Of a stretch of 64,000 bases of DNA, positions 10,955 to 21,514 are shown one piece after another. The DNA comes from Nitrosopumilaceae archaeon (GTDB taxonomy: Archaea; Thermoproteota; Nitrososphaeria; Nitrososphaerales; Nitrosopumilaceae), in assembly GCA_965214835.1 (NCBI GenBank), contig CBDCCK010000002.1, positions 608,001 through 672,000 of the forward strand, given 5' to 3'. The notes below the pieces were generated by a model. The model was not told the origin of the DNA. It ran no database searches and saw only the letters and a list, made by a program, of their open reading frames with translations. Made by a program: the position numbers and the translations under genes. Numbering within the stretch: the first letter of the stretch is position 1; the number at the start of each line of letters is the position of its first letter.

Positions 10955-11923
10955 CTATCTTCTTCTGGCCAGGATTGCCAGCTGCAGGGCCACTATGATT
11001 CCGATTGAGGAGACTATCGGGATGAGCAGGGAGTTCAGCTGGGTCGAGGCCTCCTCGATGTGGGTGACAGAGGTGGACATTGACGTTACGCTAGAGTCTA
11101 TGTTGCTGCTTGCCTTGTCCAGTATCACCCCAAAGTCGCCCACCTCAGACTTTAGGACCTCCAGCTCCTGCGAGGTCTCATCGAGGATCGCATTCAGGCG
11201 GGCGATCTCGTCGGATATTCCCCCCAGATCCTGGCTCAGGACCGAGGTGGCAACGGAGCCGTGGGACACGCTTCCCTGGTAGAACGATACCACGTGGAAC
11301 ACGTACGTCCCCTCCATGGTCGGGGTATAGTCTGCAAAGTACAGTCCGTTGTGCAGCGTAGTAAACGACGAGGAGAGGACGTCCAGCTGCCCGTTTGGGA
11401 GGTGTACATGGGACGTCTGCAGCAGCTCCTGCGGGCGGTTCTCCCCCACGAGCAGCCCGTCGCTGGTGGTCTGGACGAATATCCTGATCTGGCCGTTGAC
11501 TGCCGCAGTCTCCGGTGCGAACACCAGCGTCTCGACGTGCCGCTCTATTGGGACACCCGTCAGATCCGTAGTCGACGAGAACTTTACGTCGATTTTTTTT
11601 GACAGCCCGCCCTGCAGTGAGCTGATCAGCTCGACGGTATAGGTCCCGTACGGATAGTCTATCGACGCTGCAGGCCAAGTATGCAGCAGGTGCGAAAATG
11701 TCCCGTCGGGGTTTGTCTGGATCTGCCCGAAGATGGCAATCGTCTCATCGGGGCCGATTAGCCGGATTACCAGCGTCTCCTCGGGGAGGGCCGTGCCGTA
11801 GATGAACAGCGGCTGCCCGTCGGCATACACGGCATTGTCGGTAAAGGCGGCAAGCGACTCTGGATAGGCCGCAGGCAGGACGGCCGATAAGAGCGCCACG
11901 GCAGCTATGATGAGGGCTTTCAA
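10955..11923 (-). CDS. secreted/membrane-anchored protein with Ig-like region and C-terminal coiled coil plus TM helix
   Basis: signal peptide, beta-rich middle, heptad region, C-terminal TM ending RRR; 28 bp upstream of the S8 gene. Confidence 0.85.
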   Translation of the reverse strand: MKALIIAAVALLSAVLPAAYPESLAAFTDNAVYADGQPLFIYGTALPEETLVIRLIGPDETIAIFGQIQTNPDGTFSHLLHTWPAASIDYPYGTYTVELISSLQGGLSKKIDVKFSSTTDLTGVPIERHVETLVFAPETAAVNGQIRIFVQTTSDGLLVGENRPQELLQTSHVHLPNGQLDVLSSSFTTLHNGLYFADYTPTMEGTYVFHVVSFYQGSVSHGSVATSVLSQDLGGISDEIARLNAILDETSQELEVLKSEVGDFGVILDKASSNIDSSVTSMSTSVTHIEEASTQLNSLLIPIVSSIGIIVALQLAILARRR

Positions 11924-11979
11924 CGTGATTCTTATCCGATTAGCCCATAGATATCACTTCTGATGCAAGGTTCTGTGTG

Positions 11980-12480
11980 TGTCATATGAAAATTAGGTTC
12001 GTTAGGGGGTTGCCGCCTAATTCGCCAGAATCCCCGAAAACCGCTGAGATGCCATATGATCAGGCGTGCAAAAGGGCGGAAATTCAGAAAAACGTGCAGA
12101 TTGGGTCAAACAAGTGGAATTAGGCGACAACCCCGTTCGTTAGTCATTGATGTTTCCTCCATCCATTTTGGGTCGCTTTTCCTGATCGCGTCCGTGGCCT
12201 CTCTTGCCGAGAAGGCCTGCAGCGGCGTCTCACATCTGTCGATATCCAGCGAAGTGCAGCCTGCGTTCGTTATGGCACTCCACATACGCAGACAGGCCCT
12301 CACAGTGGTGTGTTTCCTTCTTTGGTACCATGAAGCCGCTCCAGCTTGCCGTTGGTCTCTGGGTGGTAGGGTCTGGAGTTTATCAGCCCGATGCCCCTAT
12401 CTAGCAGCTTGGCCTCAAAGGCCGTCGGCTTCCATGTCCCCTTACTAATGAGGGGCGGAACTAATTTTCATATGAAATAT
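11980..12480. mobile_element. degenerate IS481 3' remnants in both orientations
   Basis: minus-strand REATDAIRKSDPKWME matches 5603-6151; the tcatatgaaaattag terminus occurs at both ends. Confidence 0.7.
12006..12134. mobile_element. 129-bp MITE (family C, GGGGTTG ends)
   Basis: TIR ggggttgccgcctaattc / gaattaggcgacaacccc; 9-bp TSD gttcgttag. Confidence 0.9.
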
Positions 12481-12615
12481 TCATGAACTTATGATTGGCA
12501 GCATGCTCATGGTTTGCGGTCTTGCCTCCAGTCTTGCCACAAATAGCATTCTCTGGCGACTAGGTTTTCATGTGTTCCGGCGGCCGGCCAGACGGGATTA
12601 GTCTTGGTATTGAGA

Positions 12616-12630
12616 ATAAAAAGAAAAGGG
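12616..12630 (-). terminator. oligo-T archaeal terminator of the S-layer gene
   Basis: ttttctttttat on the minus strand ~25 nt after the stop codon. Confidence 0.55.
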
Positions 12631-12650
12631 GTTGTGTGTGGTTTCTAGTC

Positions 12651-15600
12651 TTAGTTGATAGTTATTGGTATCTCGAGGCTCGGTGAGAGCGGTGTAGGAT
12701 TGTTAAGCGACTCCCATACGAATACCTCGGCAGTGTAAACTCCCGGTGCATTCGGTGTCCATAACTGGGACGGCGTCATTGATTGGCCTGGGGCCAAATC
12801 GCCGCCGATCGATCCTAGTGAAACTACCGTGTTGTCTGCGTTTTTGACCTGTACGAGGTAGATGTATGGCTGCTCCTGATCCTGTCCGCTCTGCAGGTCG
12901 GCTACGACCTGTATCTGCGTGCCTACGGAGACGTCAGAAATGTCGCCTCCCGTGGCATCGGTAATCCTCAAGTTAGTAGCTGGTGCTCTTTCAAGAGGTG
13001 GTACGAGCGTGCCGATCAGCGTGGAGGCAGAAATGTTCTCGCTGTCTCCAGTGTCGTATGGTTCAGGTAGCGTGTGATCGTCATAGTACCCGGTGACTGT
13101 GTCGCCTTCTGAAATCCTGAGCCTGTGGCCGGATGACGCGTCGGTAAGGGTAAAGAATACCGTACCTTCGAATATTCCGGTCGCCTCGTTGGTTTCAGTT
13201 ACGGTTAGGTCAATGCCTCCAGCGTCCGAGTCTGACCTTACGTCAACGTCGAAGTTGTCGACTGACTCTGGGTTCAGGTTCATGTCTGGGTCTACGACCC
13301 GCAATACGCCTGATCCGCTTGCCGGATAGCTTGCCTCCAGCCAGGTCACCTCTCCGATGTTCCATCTGATCAGCGAAGAGCTGACCACGGTCTCGCCGTC
13401 GGAGAACTCAAATGACACCGAAATGCCGTCTGAATCCTCAGACTCCAGGAATCCATCGGTCGGGCCTAGGCCGTCCTCAATGGTTCCTGTGGCGTCGCCG
13501 GTTCTCGGGTCGGTGTCGTAGCCATTGGTTCCTGTTGATAGGTCACCGTCTGCATTGTAGTCAAAGCCTGTAAGGATTACCTCTCCGGTAAAGATGCCGG
13601 TATCGGTGCCGGTCTCAACCAGCTTGTAGTGGTCAAGATCATCGACTCCGGTGGCAATCCTGACTGGATCAAACGAGTTTTCGCCGATCTCGTCAATCAG
13701 GTCGCTGTCGTTGTTGTGATCAGGTGCGACTACGGTGATGTAGACCTTGTCGGTCCAGGTATAGACCTTCTGGTCAAGCTCCACAGTTGCGCCAAAGTTG
13801 GACGTAAATACGGTCAGGCTGATGTCCTCGTCCTCCTGTCCGACATAGTCGGCTCCGGACGGACCCCAATCGGTGTACTCTAGATCGATTTGCTCGCCTC
13901 TTTCAAGGCGGTCACCCTCTAGCTCTTCAGGGGTCTCGACGACAACCTGGAATATTCCAGAGCTGTCACCGGTCTCCCTAAAGGCGTTCGGTTCAGGATC
14001 AAATGCTGCTGCTATCTCAGAACTAATTGCATCACCCATGGTAACGGTTGCCGCCGCAGAGTCCCATTCCAGGATGTCTAGGTCATAGGTCTCTGCTGCG
14101 TCGTTGTCAAGATCCCAGTCCGGTTCGATGATAGTCAGGATCATGTCGCTGCCTATGATATAGACGGACTTGTCTGACTGGAGCACGCCGTTTCTGAGAT
14201 CGAATGTCGCCGAGTCTGTAATGGTGTTTGGATCACCTGATGCGTCGGTCGGATCGGTGTACTGTACGGTGAGGATATCACCCTGCAGGACACATCCGAT
14301 TGTACCGCTCGGGCAATCGTTGCCTTTCGGACCGTCGTCGAATCCTATGACAAAGTCAAGCTCAAAGACTCCCGAACCCGGTGCGGTCTCTAGGATGGCA
14401 CCCAGGTTTTTGGTCGCGTGTACCTTATCTTCATTTAGTGTGAAGAAGGTAGGTCTGTTGTCTTCAGAGCCGCCTGCGTATGCAAGTACTACGTCATCAC
14501 CGCCTCTTGAGACAGTGATCTTTATAGGACCTACAGGAACTTGTGTGGCAACCCTCTCATTGTCTGCGTTGATATGTGTGATGAGTTCCGCTTCAGCATC
14601 ATACTGGTCAACAGAATCAACATCTTGTTCTATTTTGTCTTCACCGGCAGCTGAGACGTCAAAGTCTGGGTCAGATACCCTTACGTGTATCGTAAGATCA
14701 CCTTTGCCCAGCGTCTCCTCAGGTATATTTACGTTGCCGTCAATGGCCGTTGCGTGCAGTGGGAATATTGAGCCATCGTTGTCGAACTGCATTCCCCACG
14801 GAACCGGATAGACCGTCCTGTCAAGGCTTACAGTACCTGTGTTGGCTCTGATGCCTGCCGAATCACCGACTTCGATGATTTCGCCAGATGCGTCCCTAAA
14901 GTCAACATAGTTGACCTCAATGTCGGTACCGGTTACGGATTGCCAGCCTGTATTATCGTCGCCTGTTCTTGCACAGTATTCGGCCGGGATCTGGAAGTCG
15001 CCGACGAAGGTGCCGGAATCTACTCCGGTCTCAATCATACGAATTCCTGTTGCGCCCAGACCGTCATGTATGCCGTCAAGACGCAGATCCAAGTCACAGG
15101 TGTCGTCACCGGCTTGTGAGTGAAGCCACTGTTGGTCATCAAACGTGATGTCCAGCAGCCTTCCAAGCGGACCGAATGAGTAATTTGATGGGAGGCCTGG
15201 TGCGCCTACCATGTCAAATGCCTCATCACCCTCTTGCGTGACAACCGTAAAGATGTCTAGAAGACCGCTGTCCACGTTCAGGTCAGCGTCGTCAAGCGTG
15301 ATTCTTACGGTGTCTGCAACCTTGTAGGTGTCCGCGTCAAGTGACACGACTCCCGAGTGTGATGGTGCCGCTTGCTGGTTTCCGACTGGCGTCACAACGC
15401 CGTCTGCTCCACGGTCATCATAGTTGATCCTTGGCGAGTCCTCGTCTGTGAGATCCTCGATTACGATGAAGGTTGGTCCATCGGAATCTGGGGTTATCTC
15501 GTACGTTGATGCATCAAGGATGTTGAGCTGGTTGACCATGACGTACTCTAGCGTACCCACAAAGGTAGCAGAGTTGTCAGCGTCCTCTTCAAGCTCGAAT

Positions 15601-17624
15601 CGGACTATCTGGTTGGCGACCCTCTCGGATCCCTCGTCTCCGTCATCCGTGAATCCGAATGACATGAAGTCGGTAACTATTGGATACTTGCCTTCCCCTA
15701 TCTTAGCTGCATTCCAAGTGTACAGTATGCCTATTGGACTGTCATCGCCAATAGCGTTGGAATCAAACAAGGGATCATCCAAGTTTTCATAGCTCAGGTT
15801 TACTAAACCAGAGCTGCTGCCTGATGCGATCAATGGTATGTTACTGTCATGTATACCGGCAATCCTATCTGTTATACTCACCAATTCTACGTTTGTAATG
15901 TCTTGATCAAGGGAATCAACATTGTAGTTAAACAGGTTGTATCCCTTGAAAGCATCTAGTACGTTCCTGTCTGCGCTGGGTTCCTGGATTGTTTTGCGTA
16001 GGTCTGCCATGGTGGCATCCAAGTCAATCAGCAGTCCAGTAGTGTCTGACGGTGTTGTCTCTGAGCTAATTGATACAATTGCCCTGTCGCTGAATTTTTG
16101 AACCTCAACGTCTGCTCTGCCCTCTTGATTATTTCCGATCAAGAATGCAGTAGGTTTGTCACCGGAGCCCAGTGTGAACGGGTTTCCGGTTCTAAGGCTT
16201 GGGATCAGTGCAGTATCCGAACTGGATATGGCCAGATCCTCGTCTGCCCTGCTGTTCTTGTTTGCATCGCCGTCAGTCAGCACTACCGGAATCTCCTCAC
16301 CGGAGCTCCAGTCCTCGTTGACCGGCTGGATGTCGATTGTGGCAGGGCTAAAGCCCACAAGGATCGACTGTGCATCGTCGTTATAGTCGACAGTGGCAGA
16401 GTTGCCCCTGCCTGCGTCGTCGAGAATTGCAAGAAGTGAAGTGTCTGATTCGTCATACGTACTGAACACTCCGCTGTTGGAGCTCAGCTCGGTAAGTGTT
16501 ACCGGTTGTTCAAGTCCGGGAACCACTGCCAAGGCATCGTCGTTTTTTTGAAATTCTATGATCTTTCTGTCCGCGCCCTGTGCGCTAATATCTAGCAGAA
16601 AGATCGCAAACTCCTGCATGAGGTCGTGGTCAGAAGTTATTGGATTGATGAGCAATGTGTCACTAGTGGCATTAATGCCGTTAGGACTGTTAGCGTTGCC
16701 TTCTCCAAAGACGTCATAGTATGTGTCTCCTTTGTTATCACCGGTGGTCTCCCAAGTCCACGAGTCCTCGTCCGTTGGGTCGATGTTCAACCATGTATCG
16801 GTGACTGTTACGTGAACCTGTGATCCTTGCGGATAAACTGGCCTGTCCAGCTCTAGGCCGGCAAAACCGTCAACGGTATCAAAGGTAAATGTTGCCGATT
16901 GGGTTCCACCACCTTTGTTATAGTCGACGACAATGCTACCGCCCCCCGTGAAGGTATAGAGCTGAATGAAGGGCCACAGATTGGTATCCAAGTGGATTTG
17001 GCCAGGTCCGTTTGCGCTGCTATGCTCGTTGATTGTCTTTGCCTGTCTAATTACGTTGTTGGTCTCGGTAGCGGCGTCAACCGCAGCATTAGTTGCAACA
17101 CAGTTAGCTAGGCTATCTAGGTTATCCAAGTCATCGGTACCCTCACTGCCTAGGACTATCGGTATTGCGATGCCGTCGGTGTCGGTTACCAGAGCTGTTT
17201 GTTTATCGTCTGACAAGACTGTAGTGGTAGAACTACAGAATGAACCATAGTTCAATCCTTTTTTTGCGTTTTGATCTTGTACTGTGTAGTCAGCCGTATA
17301 TGCATGCTCTAGGCTTGCAAAGTATGCGTACCACCTGCCGTCGCTGCCCTGAGTCATCAGAAGATCTTTGCCGTTTATCTCGACATTAGGATCACCTACT
17401 GACTCGTCGGTATCTGAGATGCCGGGATCATCGACTACGACCTCGATTACCTGAGGTCCTGCGATGTAGTTTTCAAACTGCGAGTTTTCTGCGGAGACAA
17501 ACAGGTTTGCGTTGGCGGCCTCGGCAGCCGGCATTACGCCGGGGATGCCAAAGGTTACCCCGCCTGCAACCATGATTGTCATTAGTGTAAGACTAGTTAT
17601 TTTTCGTGTTATTTCGTTGTTCAT
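12651..17624 (-). CDS. slaA: major S-layer protein (Nitrosopumilus SlaA-type, multiple acidic Ig-like domains)
   Basis: N-terminus MNNEITRKITSLTLMTIMVAGG...NANLFVSAENSQF; repeated ETG.DTGIFTG motifs; C-terminal AEVFVWESLNNPTPLSP. Confidence 0.92.
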   Translation of the reverse strand: MNNEITRKITSLTLMTIMVAGGVTFGIPGVMPAAEAANANLFVSAENSQFENYIAGPQVIEVVVDDPGISDTDESVGDPNVEINGKDLLMTQGSDGRWYAYFASLEHAYTADYTVQDQNAKKGLNYGSFCSSTTTVLSDDKQTALVTDTDGIAIPIVLGSEGTDDLDNLDSLANCVATNAAVDAATETNNVIRQAKTINEHSSANGPGQIHLDTNLWPFIQLYTFTGGGSIVVDYNKGGGTQSATFTFDTVDGFAGLELDRPVYPQGSQVHVTVTDTWLNIDPTDEDSWTWETTGDNKGDTYYDVFGEGNANSPNGINATSDTLLINPITSDHDLMQEFAIFLLDISAQGADRKIIEFQKNDDALAVVPGLEQPVTLTELSSNSGVFSTYDESDTSLLAILDDAGRGNSATVDYNDDAQSILVGFSPATIDIQPVNEDWSSGEEIPVVLTDGDANKNSRADEDLAISSSDTALIPSLRTGNPFTLGSGDKPTAFLIGNNQEGRADVEVQKFSDRAIVSISSETTPSDTTGLLIDLDATMADLRKTIQEPSADRNVLDAFKGYNLFNYNVDSLDQDITNVELVSITDRIAGIHDSNIPLIASGSSSGLVNLSYENLDDPLFDSNAIGDDSPIGILYTWNAAKIGEGKYPIVTDFMSFGFTDDGDEGSERVANQIVRFELEEDADNSATFVGTLEYVMVNQLNILDASTYEITPDSDGPTFIVIEDLTDEDSPRINYDDRGADGVVTPVGNQQAAPSHSGVVSLDADTYKVADTVRITLDDADLNVDSGLLDIFTVVTQEGDEAFDMVGAPGLPSNYSFGPLGRLLDITFDDQQWLHSQAGDDTCDLDLRLDGIHDGLGATGIRMIETGVDSGTFVGDFQIPAEYCARTGDDNTGWQSVTGTDIEVNYVDFRDASGEIIEVGDSAGIRANTGTVSLDRTVYPVPWGMQFDNDGSIFPLHATAIDGNVNIPEETLGKGDLTIHVRVSDPDFDVSAAGEDKIEQDVDSVDQYDAEAELITHINADNERVATQVPVGPIKITVSRGGDDVVLAYAGGSEDNRPTFFTLNEDKVHATKNLGAILETAPGSGVFELDFVIGFDDGPKGNDCPSGTIGCVLQGDILTVQYTDPTDASGDPNTITDSATFDLRNGVLQSDKSVYIIGSDMILTIIEPDWDLDNDAAETYDLDILEWDSAAATVTMGDAISSEIAAAFDPEPNAFRETGDSSGIFQVVVETPEELEGDRLERGEQIDLEYTDWGPSGADYVGQEDEDISLTVFTSNFGATVELDQKVYTWTDKVYITVVAPDHNNDSDLIDEIGENSFDPVRIATGVDDLDHYKLVETGTDTGIFTGEVILTGFDYNADGDLSTGTNGYDTDPRTGDATGTIEDGLGPTDGFLESEDSDGISVSFEFSDGETVVSSSLIRWNIGEVTWLEASYPASGSGVLRVVDPDMNLNPESVDNFDVDVRSDSDAGGIDLTVTETNEATGIFEGTVFFTLTDASSGHRLRISEGDTVTGYYDDHTLPEPYDTGDSENISASTLIGTLVPPLERAPATNLRITDATGGDISDVSVGTQIQVVADLQSGQDQEQPYIYLVQVKNADNTVVSLGSIGGDLAPGQSMTPSQLWTPNAPGVYTAEVFVWESLNNPTPLSPSLEIPITIN

Positions 17625-17652
17625 GTTATTGAGATTTTTTCTCGGAAATTGC

Positions 17653-17660
17653 TATTTAAG
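17653..17660 (-). promoter_or_regulatory. TATA box of the S-layer gene
   Basis: CTTAAATA 29-36 nt upstream of the ATG, spacing typical of a short-leader archaeal transcript. Confidence 0.6.
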
Positions 17661-17962
17661 CCTAATGGACGATTTGTCCACAATCCGCAGGATTTATACG
17701 GATCTTGCAGGCGTGCACTGGTTTTGATCCAATTTCTAGATCGGGGGTTATAATTTTTGCAATTCACGCGCACAGGATCCAAGGAGCCGGGGGCGGCGCC
17801 CGGCCGAAGTGGACGGTGGGCGTCAATAGGATGGCCCCCGCCTAGGCCAGCAATCAGGCGCACACTTGCCTGCAGTCGTGATTTTCATGCCTGGCCGACC
17901 AAGGGAGCATGGCTTTAACTCCGGCTAGGGGGTTGCCATCCTGCTACAGGCAGACAATAGAA

Positions 17963-18073
17963 GTAACAGCTCGGGCTCTGGAAGTTCAGGCATGAATTTT
18001 ACCGCCAAAGGGATCTTCGCAGATGTAATTCGCTCCTAAAATCGTAAATCACTTCCAGAGCCCGAGCTGTTAC
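17963..18073. mobile_element. 111-bp IS66-derived MITE (family A1)
   Basis: same TIRs as 2013-2123, opposite orientation; 8-bp TSD caatagaa. Confidence 0.95.
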
Positions 18074-18115
18074 CAATAGAAACCAAAATAATCAGCGACA
18101 TGCAAGGCAAGTACC

Positions 18116-18994
18116 ATGAGGGTCTTTCTCACGGGCGGCGCAGGATTCATCGGACTGCACCTTGCCCACCGTCTGCTAAGGCAGCACAGCATCAGGATTT
18201 ACGACGACCTCTCACACAGTCCCAGTAAGAGGATGGCAGACATGGTATCCAGGGAGATCGACTTTGTAAGGGGCGACATCCTCAGCTACCGGGGACTGGT
18301 AGAGTCCAGCAGGGGATTTGATGCGGTAATCCACCTGGCAGCAAGGTCAGACGTCGGCGAATCGATCCTGAACCCGGAGGAGACCGAGCTGGTCAACGTA
18401 CAGGGGACGCGCAACGTGGTGGGGGCCTGCCGCGCAAACGGGATTGACAGGATAGTGTTTGCCTCATCTGCCGCAGTGTACGGGGACTCTGGCCGGACCC
18501 CGGTGACAGAAGGGTCAGCCGTCAACCCGATATCGCCGTACGGCAGAACCAAGCTCGATGGGGAGGGCATCATAAGGCAGATCAAAAACAACGTCGTCCT
18601 GAGGCTGTTCAACGTCTACGGCAAGAAAGGCAAGCACAACACCGCGGTCTCAAGCTTTGCCGATGCGGCAGAAAGCGGCAGGAACCTTGTCATCTACGGT
18701 GACGGGGAGCAGGTCAGGGACTTTGTCCACGTAAGCGATGCAGCAGGCGCATTCGTGCACGCACTGGGGATGGATGGGGAGAGGACATTCAACGTTGCAA
18801 GCGGCATCCCGGTATCAATCAATGAGCTGGCAGATCTGATCATCTCAAAGTCAGCGACGGGATGCAAAAAGACTCACAAGGGTGCAAGGGAGGGTGAGAT
18901 AAGGTACAGCGTTGCAAGCATAAAGGCGATACGGGATGCGGGCTATGCTCCGGGTGTAACCCTGGATGAGGGGCTTGCAGGCATTCTGGGGTGA
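18116..18994 (+). CDS. NAD-dependent epimerase/dehydratase (UDP-glucose 4-epimerase-like)
   Basis: TGGAGFIG, HLAA, SSAAVYG, YGRTK, RLFNVYG, RDFVHV. Confidence 0.93.
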   Translation: MRVFLTGGAGFIGLHLAHRLLRQHSIRIYDDLSHSPSKRMADMVSREIDFVRGDILSYRGLVESSRGFDAVIHLAARSDVGESILNPEETELVNVQGTRNVVGACRANGIDRIVFASSAAVYGDSGRTPVTEGSAVNPISPYGRTKLDGEGIIRQIKNNVVLRLFNVYGKKGKHNTAVSSFADAAESGRNLVIYGDGEQVRDFVHVSDAAGAFVHALGMDGERTFNVASGIPVSINELADLIISKSATGCKKTHKGAREGEIRYSVASIKAIRDAGYAPGVTLDEGLAGILG

Positions 18995-19189
18995 GCCGCC
19001 TGGCGCATCATGCAGCAAAACGCAGTAAGGCCCCAGCCGATCCGCCAAAGGGCCGCAAAGACGCAGGATTTCCCAAGTGAAACGCGCCGAAAAATCGGGC
19101 AAAAGCAAAGGCCGGCAGAAAAACACGACGCCTCAAATCATGCCCGGTGGCATGGCACGGCAGTGGCCCCACCCACGCTTCACAGCCGA

Positions 19190-19365
19190 GCCCCCGGGAC
19201 GGGCGGTCCGGTTACATGCCAGCCTGAGCAGAGCATGCCGGCTCGAGAGGATCCACAAGGGTCAGGGGAGGATCTCAGTCGAGGGGCTGCCCGAGATCTT
19301 TCCGCCGATGGTGTGCATGACTGATGCCTCCGAGCAGCACGTAAGCCGGCCCAAGAGGAGAGGGG
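19190..19365 (+). pseudogene. IS5-family transposase remnant
   Basis: EIFPPMVCMTDASEQHVSRPKRR is nearly identical to EIFPGMVCLTDASEQPTNRPKRK in 42084-43019. Confidence 0.7.
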
Positions 19366-19370
19366 GTCTA

Positions 19371-20190
19371 CTGTACGAAAATTAGGCCGCACTGGTTTGA
19401 GGGGGGTTGCAAAGGACTACTTGGCTTTACCGATCAAGAAAACCGAATGGCTGCAGGGCTCAAGGCAAAGCAGATCAGATACACAGTGTGCCTAGGAACG
19501 AGGGCCCTCGTAGGTGGCCACTGAGATAGGTGTCACAAAAAGGCACGTCCAGCGGATGTACGCCCGATTCGGGAAGACAGGCGGCACGCACCACGTGCCG
19601 CTCAGGCCGGGAAGAAAAAGGAGCGCCCCGGTTCCCGACGGGACCGTGCGCGCCGTCCTAGAAGAGCACAAGCACGGCGCAGCAGGCGTGATTCATACGG
19701 CCGAGAGGCTGCAAAGGCAACACGATACTAGCTATTACGGGGCATGCAGGATGATGAGCACGGGCTGGTGACGCCGTCGCCTGCAAAGTCACAACCTAGA
19801 AGATACGTCCGCTTAGCGCAAGTACTCCAACGCCATGTGGCATGTGGACTGGCACGCCATGAAGGATCCGCGCTTTGCGGGGCTAAACCTAGTCACGTTC
19901 CTGGACGACTCGTCCAGGTGCGTGACCGGTGCGGGCCTGTTCAGGGAGGCCGCCTCGGAGAACGTCGTGGCGGTCCTGCGGCAGGCCGTGGCCCGGTTCG
20001 GCGCGCCTGCCACAATCCTCTCAGACAACGGCAGGTGCTTTATCGGGGCGCGCTCGAGCTCGAAGAAGAAGAGCCCGCCCAAAGGCGGGTGGAGGCCCAC
20101 TGCCTTTGAGGAGCTGCTCGACTGCGGAATCGAGCTGATAAACTCTAGGCCGCATCACCCGCAGACCAACGGCAAGCGGAGCGGCTCCAC
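19371..20190 (+). mobile_element. IS481-family element, pseudogenised
   Basis: tgtacgaaaattagg terminus; HTH fragment; MWHVDW, DDSSR, SDNG, HPQTNGK in several frames. Confidence 0.85.
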
Positions 20191-20515
20191 GGCTCCCAGG
20201 CGATGAGATCCCGCCAAATTCGGGCCTCATCAAGATGTTCGCTCTATGTGGATGCGTCTGTTTAAAATTGTTTTGGATTGCACAGCTAAGTGAAAAGTAC
20301 CATGAAATCGAGCAAAAACAGAAACCGGGCATGCGGCACGACGCCTCAACGGCAAGGCAAAACAACAAATCTCATTTACATTTCACTTAGCTGTTGCAGT
20401 CTTTTCAGAAGTTCTCCACAAGACGGTTCCACAGTCGAAACGGTTCAAGCCAAGCTGCCTGCAAATCCGCGTGTAACCGTCGACACCATCATGGGTCGGA
20501 TACATTTGGGAGGAC
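20189..20515 (-). mobile_element. IS6-like remnant, also at ~23275-23350 and ~32840-33210
   Basis: shared sequence starting acggytcccaggcgatga; minus-strand THDG.DGYTRICRQLGL resembles an IS6-type DDE segment. Confidence 0.5.
20283..20393. mobile_element. 111-bp ISH3-type MITE (family D)
   Basis: TIR cagctaagtgaaa / tttcacttagctg; 5-bp TSD ttgca; the empty site is visible at ~32930. Confidence 0.93.
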
Positions 20516-20607
20516 TGGACAAAGGCGAATCGCTAAGAGTTAAAAAGAAGCATGGCCAACTAATGATCTTAGCGGTGTACAAAAATGGAGAGTCAGACCT
20601 TGTCTAA
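20512..20607 (+). pseudogene. 3' remnant of a SAM-lyase/PII-like-fold gene (module copy A, gene 1)
   Basis: GLDKGESLRVKKKHGQLMILAVYKNGESDLV* aligns without gaps to GIGREEALKYKREYGQAYIVVIERHGPPRFI* of 22385-22819. Confidence 0.7.
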
Positions 20608-20800
20608 ACTGTTCAAGAATCCCGCACATAAGAGGGGCTGGAGCAACGAATACACTACTGCAGAGAAGCTGGCCACATACTATGATCGCGGCCTCTTCGA
20701 ACTTGACGAGCTTGAGCCCGAGGCTGTTGAACCCGTAAGGCAGGCCATCAAGGAATGGAACGCAAGAGTCGACGCACACTATGCAGAACATGGCGACTGA
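20585..20800 (+). CDS. 71-aa helical protein (module copy A, gene 2)
   Basis: 23-nt overlap with gene 1; KLFKN and LFELDELEPEAVEPVRQAI resemble KTFKN and LFHHEDLPPEVQEAVASEL. Confidence 0.7.
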   Translation: MESQTLSKLFKNPAHKRGWSNEYTTAEKLATYYDRGLFELDELEPEAVEPVRQAIKEWNARVDAHYAEHGD

Positions 20801-20813
20801 GACGGGTTTTGCC

Positions 20814-20945
20814 GGGGTTGTCGCCTAATTCGTCAGAATTCGTGAGAACCATCTGGATGCCATATGGATCAGGCGTGCAAAAGGGGTAGAAATCCAGAAA
20901 AACATGCAGGGTTGAGTTAAGCAAGTGGAATTACGCGACAATCTC
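20814..20945. mobile_element. family C MITE, degenerate
   Basis: ggggttgtcgcctaattc...gaattacgcgacaatc. Confidence 0.75.
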
Positions 20946-20965
20946 GGTAGGGACTGGACAGGGCC

Positions 20966-21514
20966 TCAAGGTTTTGTCTGTATGCTCCATGACAGCAGGC
21001 CCCTGTGGCTTTCAACGTCAAGGTACTTTAGTATTATTCCATCCAAAATACCATGGCATCTTTTGCAAAAATATTCGTACATTGTTTTGTCAGTCAGTAT
21101 CATGTATTTTTTGTCGGCCTCTGCCTTGCTTAGCAGATAGCAATCGCTTAGAACTTTGTAAAATGTACCAAGATTCTTATCATGTGTGCCGGATTTTACC
21201 ATTCCCAGAATTTCCCTCTTGTCTGGTTTTCTTGCGTCCAACCCCATACGTTTGGCTGATTCCAACATGGCTTGTAGTTTATCGTCGCATGCAAAGCCGT
21301 TCTTCAACTTCCTGGCTTCCAATTGGTCTTTTTCATATTCGCGCCTGTTGCGACGGGACGCAATGTCAAACTCAAAAGGGCTGGAATATTCCCCGTCTAG
21401 GCGTTGCAGCATCACGCAATCCTTGATCAGTTCAACGGAGTTTTCCCTGCTGCACCAGTTTCTGGCAATGGTTTCCTTTGCATCATGCTTCGGCGTGGCT
21501 TTTTCCGGGTTCAA
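20966..21514 (-). CDS. putative PD-(D/E)xK restriction-endonuclease-fold protein
   Basis: FEFDIAS...ILGMVKS...KVLSDCYLL...KKYMILTDKTMYEYF; the catalytic Glu appears replaced by Met. Confidence 0.5.
   Translation of the reverse strand: MNPEKATPKHDAKETIARNWCSRENSVELIKDCVMLQRLDGEYSSPFEFDIASRRNRREYEKDQLEARKLKNGFACDDKLQAMLESAKRMGLDARKPDKREILGMVKSGTHDKNLGTFYKVLSDCYLLSKAEADKKYMILTDKTMYEYFCKRCHGILDGIILKYLDVESHRGLLSWSIQTKP

Noticed and set aside
6793-17250. numerous plus-strand ORFs over the S8 and S-layer genes
   Set aside because: Antisense shadows of long GC-rich genes with no recognisable motifs.
17770-17950. GC-rich stretch as tRNA, SRP RNA or RNase P RNA
   Set aside because: No cloverleaf, T-loop or conserved SRP/RNase P motifs recognised; part resembles family E MITE sequence.
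20290-20607. 105-aa ORF as a real gene
   Set aside because: Composed of MITE and IS remnant sequence; only the last ~31 codons belong to the module gene.
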